Assembly (NCBI RefSeq): GCF_000012285.1
Contig: NC_007181.1
Coordinates: 150,001-182,000, forward strand
Direction of reading: 5' to 3'
Length of the DNA stretch: 32,000 nucleotides
Source of the DNA: Sulfolobus acidocaldarius DSM 639
GTDB lineage: Archaea > Thermoproteota > Thermoprotei_A > Sulfolobales > Sulfolobaceae
The position numbers and the translations under genes are program-made. Below are positions 31,893-32,000 of this stretch, piece after piece (the first letter of the stretch is position 1; the number at the start of each line of letters is the position of its first letter). Under the pieces are notes generated by a model. It ran no database searches. It worked only from the letters and a program-made list of their open reading frames with translations, and was not told the DNA's origin.

Positions 31893-32000
31893 CAGCACAT
31901 GAGAAACACAAGGAACACGCCCCTAAGGAAGTGAGGTTTTACGTGATTACGATAAGTACTTCACGATACGAGAAATTCATAAAGAGAGAGACTATTGTGG
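31889..32000 (+). CDS. moaB: MoaB-like molybdenum cofactor biosynthesis protein, 5' fragment (runs off the window)
   Basis: TTG start gives (M)TAHEKHKEHAPKEVRFYVITISTSRYEKFIKRETIV, with the VITISTSR motif of MoaB/MogA proteins; overlaps the preceding stop. Confidence 0.7.
   Translation, partial: MTAHEKHKEHAPKEVRFYVITISTSRYEKFIKRETIV

Overview
This is an ordinary, gene-dense crenarchaeal chromosomal segment. Protein sequences, leaderless TATA promoters and base composition look like Sulfolobales, most likely Sulfolobus acidocaldarius; that is recall and inference, no search was run. Left to right it holds: a shikimate-pathway operon (aroE-aroC-archaeal GHMP shikimate kinase-aroA-aroD) facing a Rieske-type ferredoxin gene; a coupled set of a 96-aa ORF, XPD helicase and a thioredoxin-like fusion, then a TusA-like protein and Fe-SOD; a sugar-phosphate nucleotidyltransferase; a putative surface protein; a DUF255/YyaL-type protein; an SDR; NucS; a GT2 glycosyltransferase; SegB/SegA-like partition genes; a split GlcF/GlcD/GlcE-like oxidase; 2-oxoacid:ferredoxin oxidoreductase; a nitrilase; a 4-CBS protein; an HDAC-family protein; purT; a PD-(D/E)XK-like protein; a dolichol/phytol kinase-like protein; a degenerate nuclease-like protein; an FAD oxidoreductase; a nucleotidyltransferase-like protein; and the start of moaB. 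I see no CRISPR array, tRNA, rRNA or transposon, and no convincing new multi-gene system. The best second-look items are (1) aroA, whose conserved N-terminus lies upstream of every ATG/GTG/TTG in its frame, (2) a C/D-box sRNA candidate on the minus strand at about 29540-29598, (3) an inverted repeat abutting the segA start, (4) a 14-bp perfect palindrome in the divergent 28.28 kb promoter region, and (5) several uncharacterised ORFs, including one coupled to XPD and two nuclease-like ones flanking the kinase gene.
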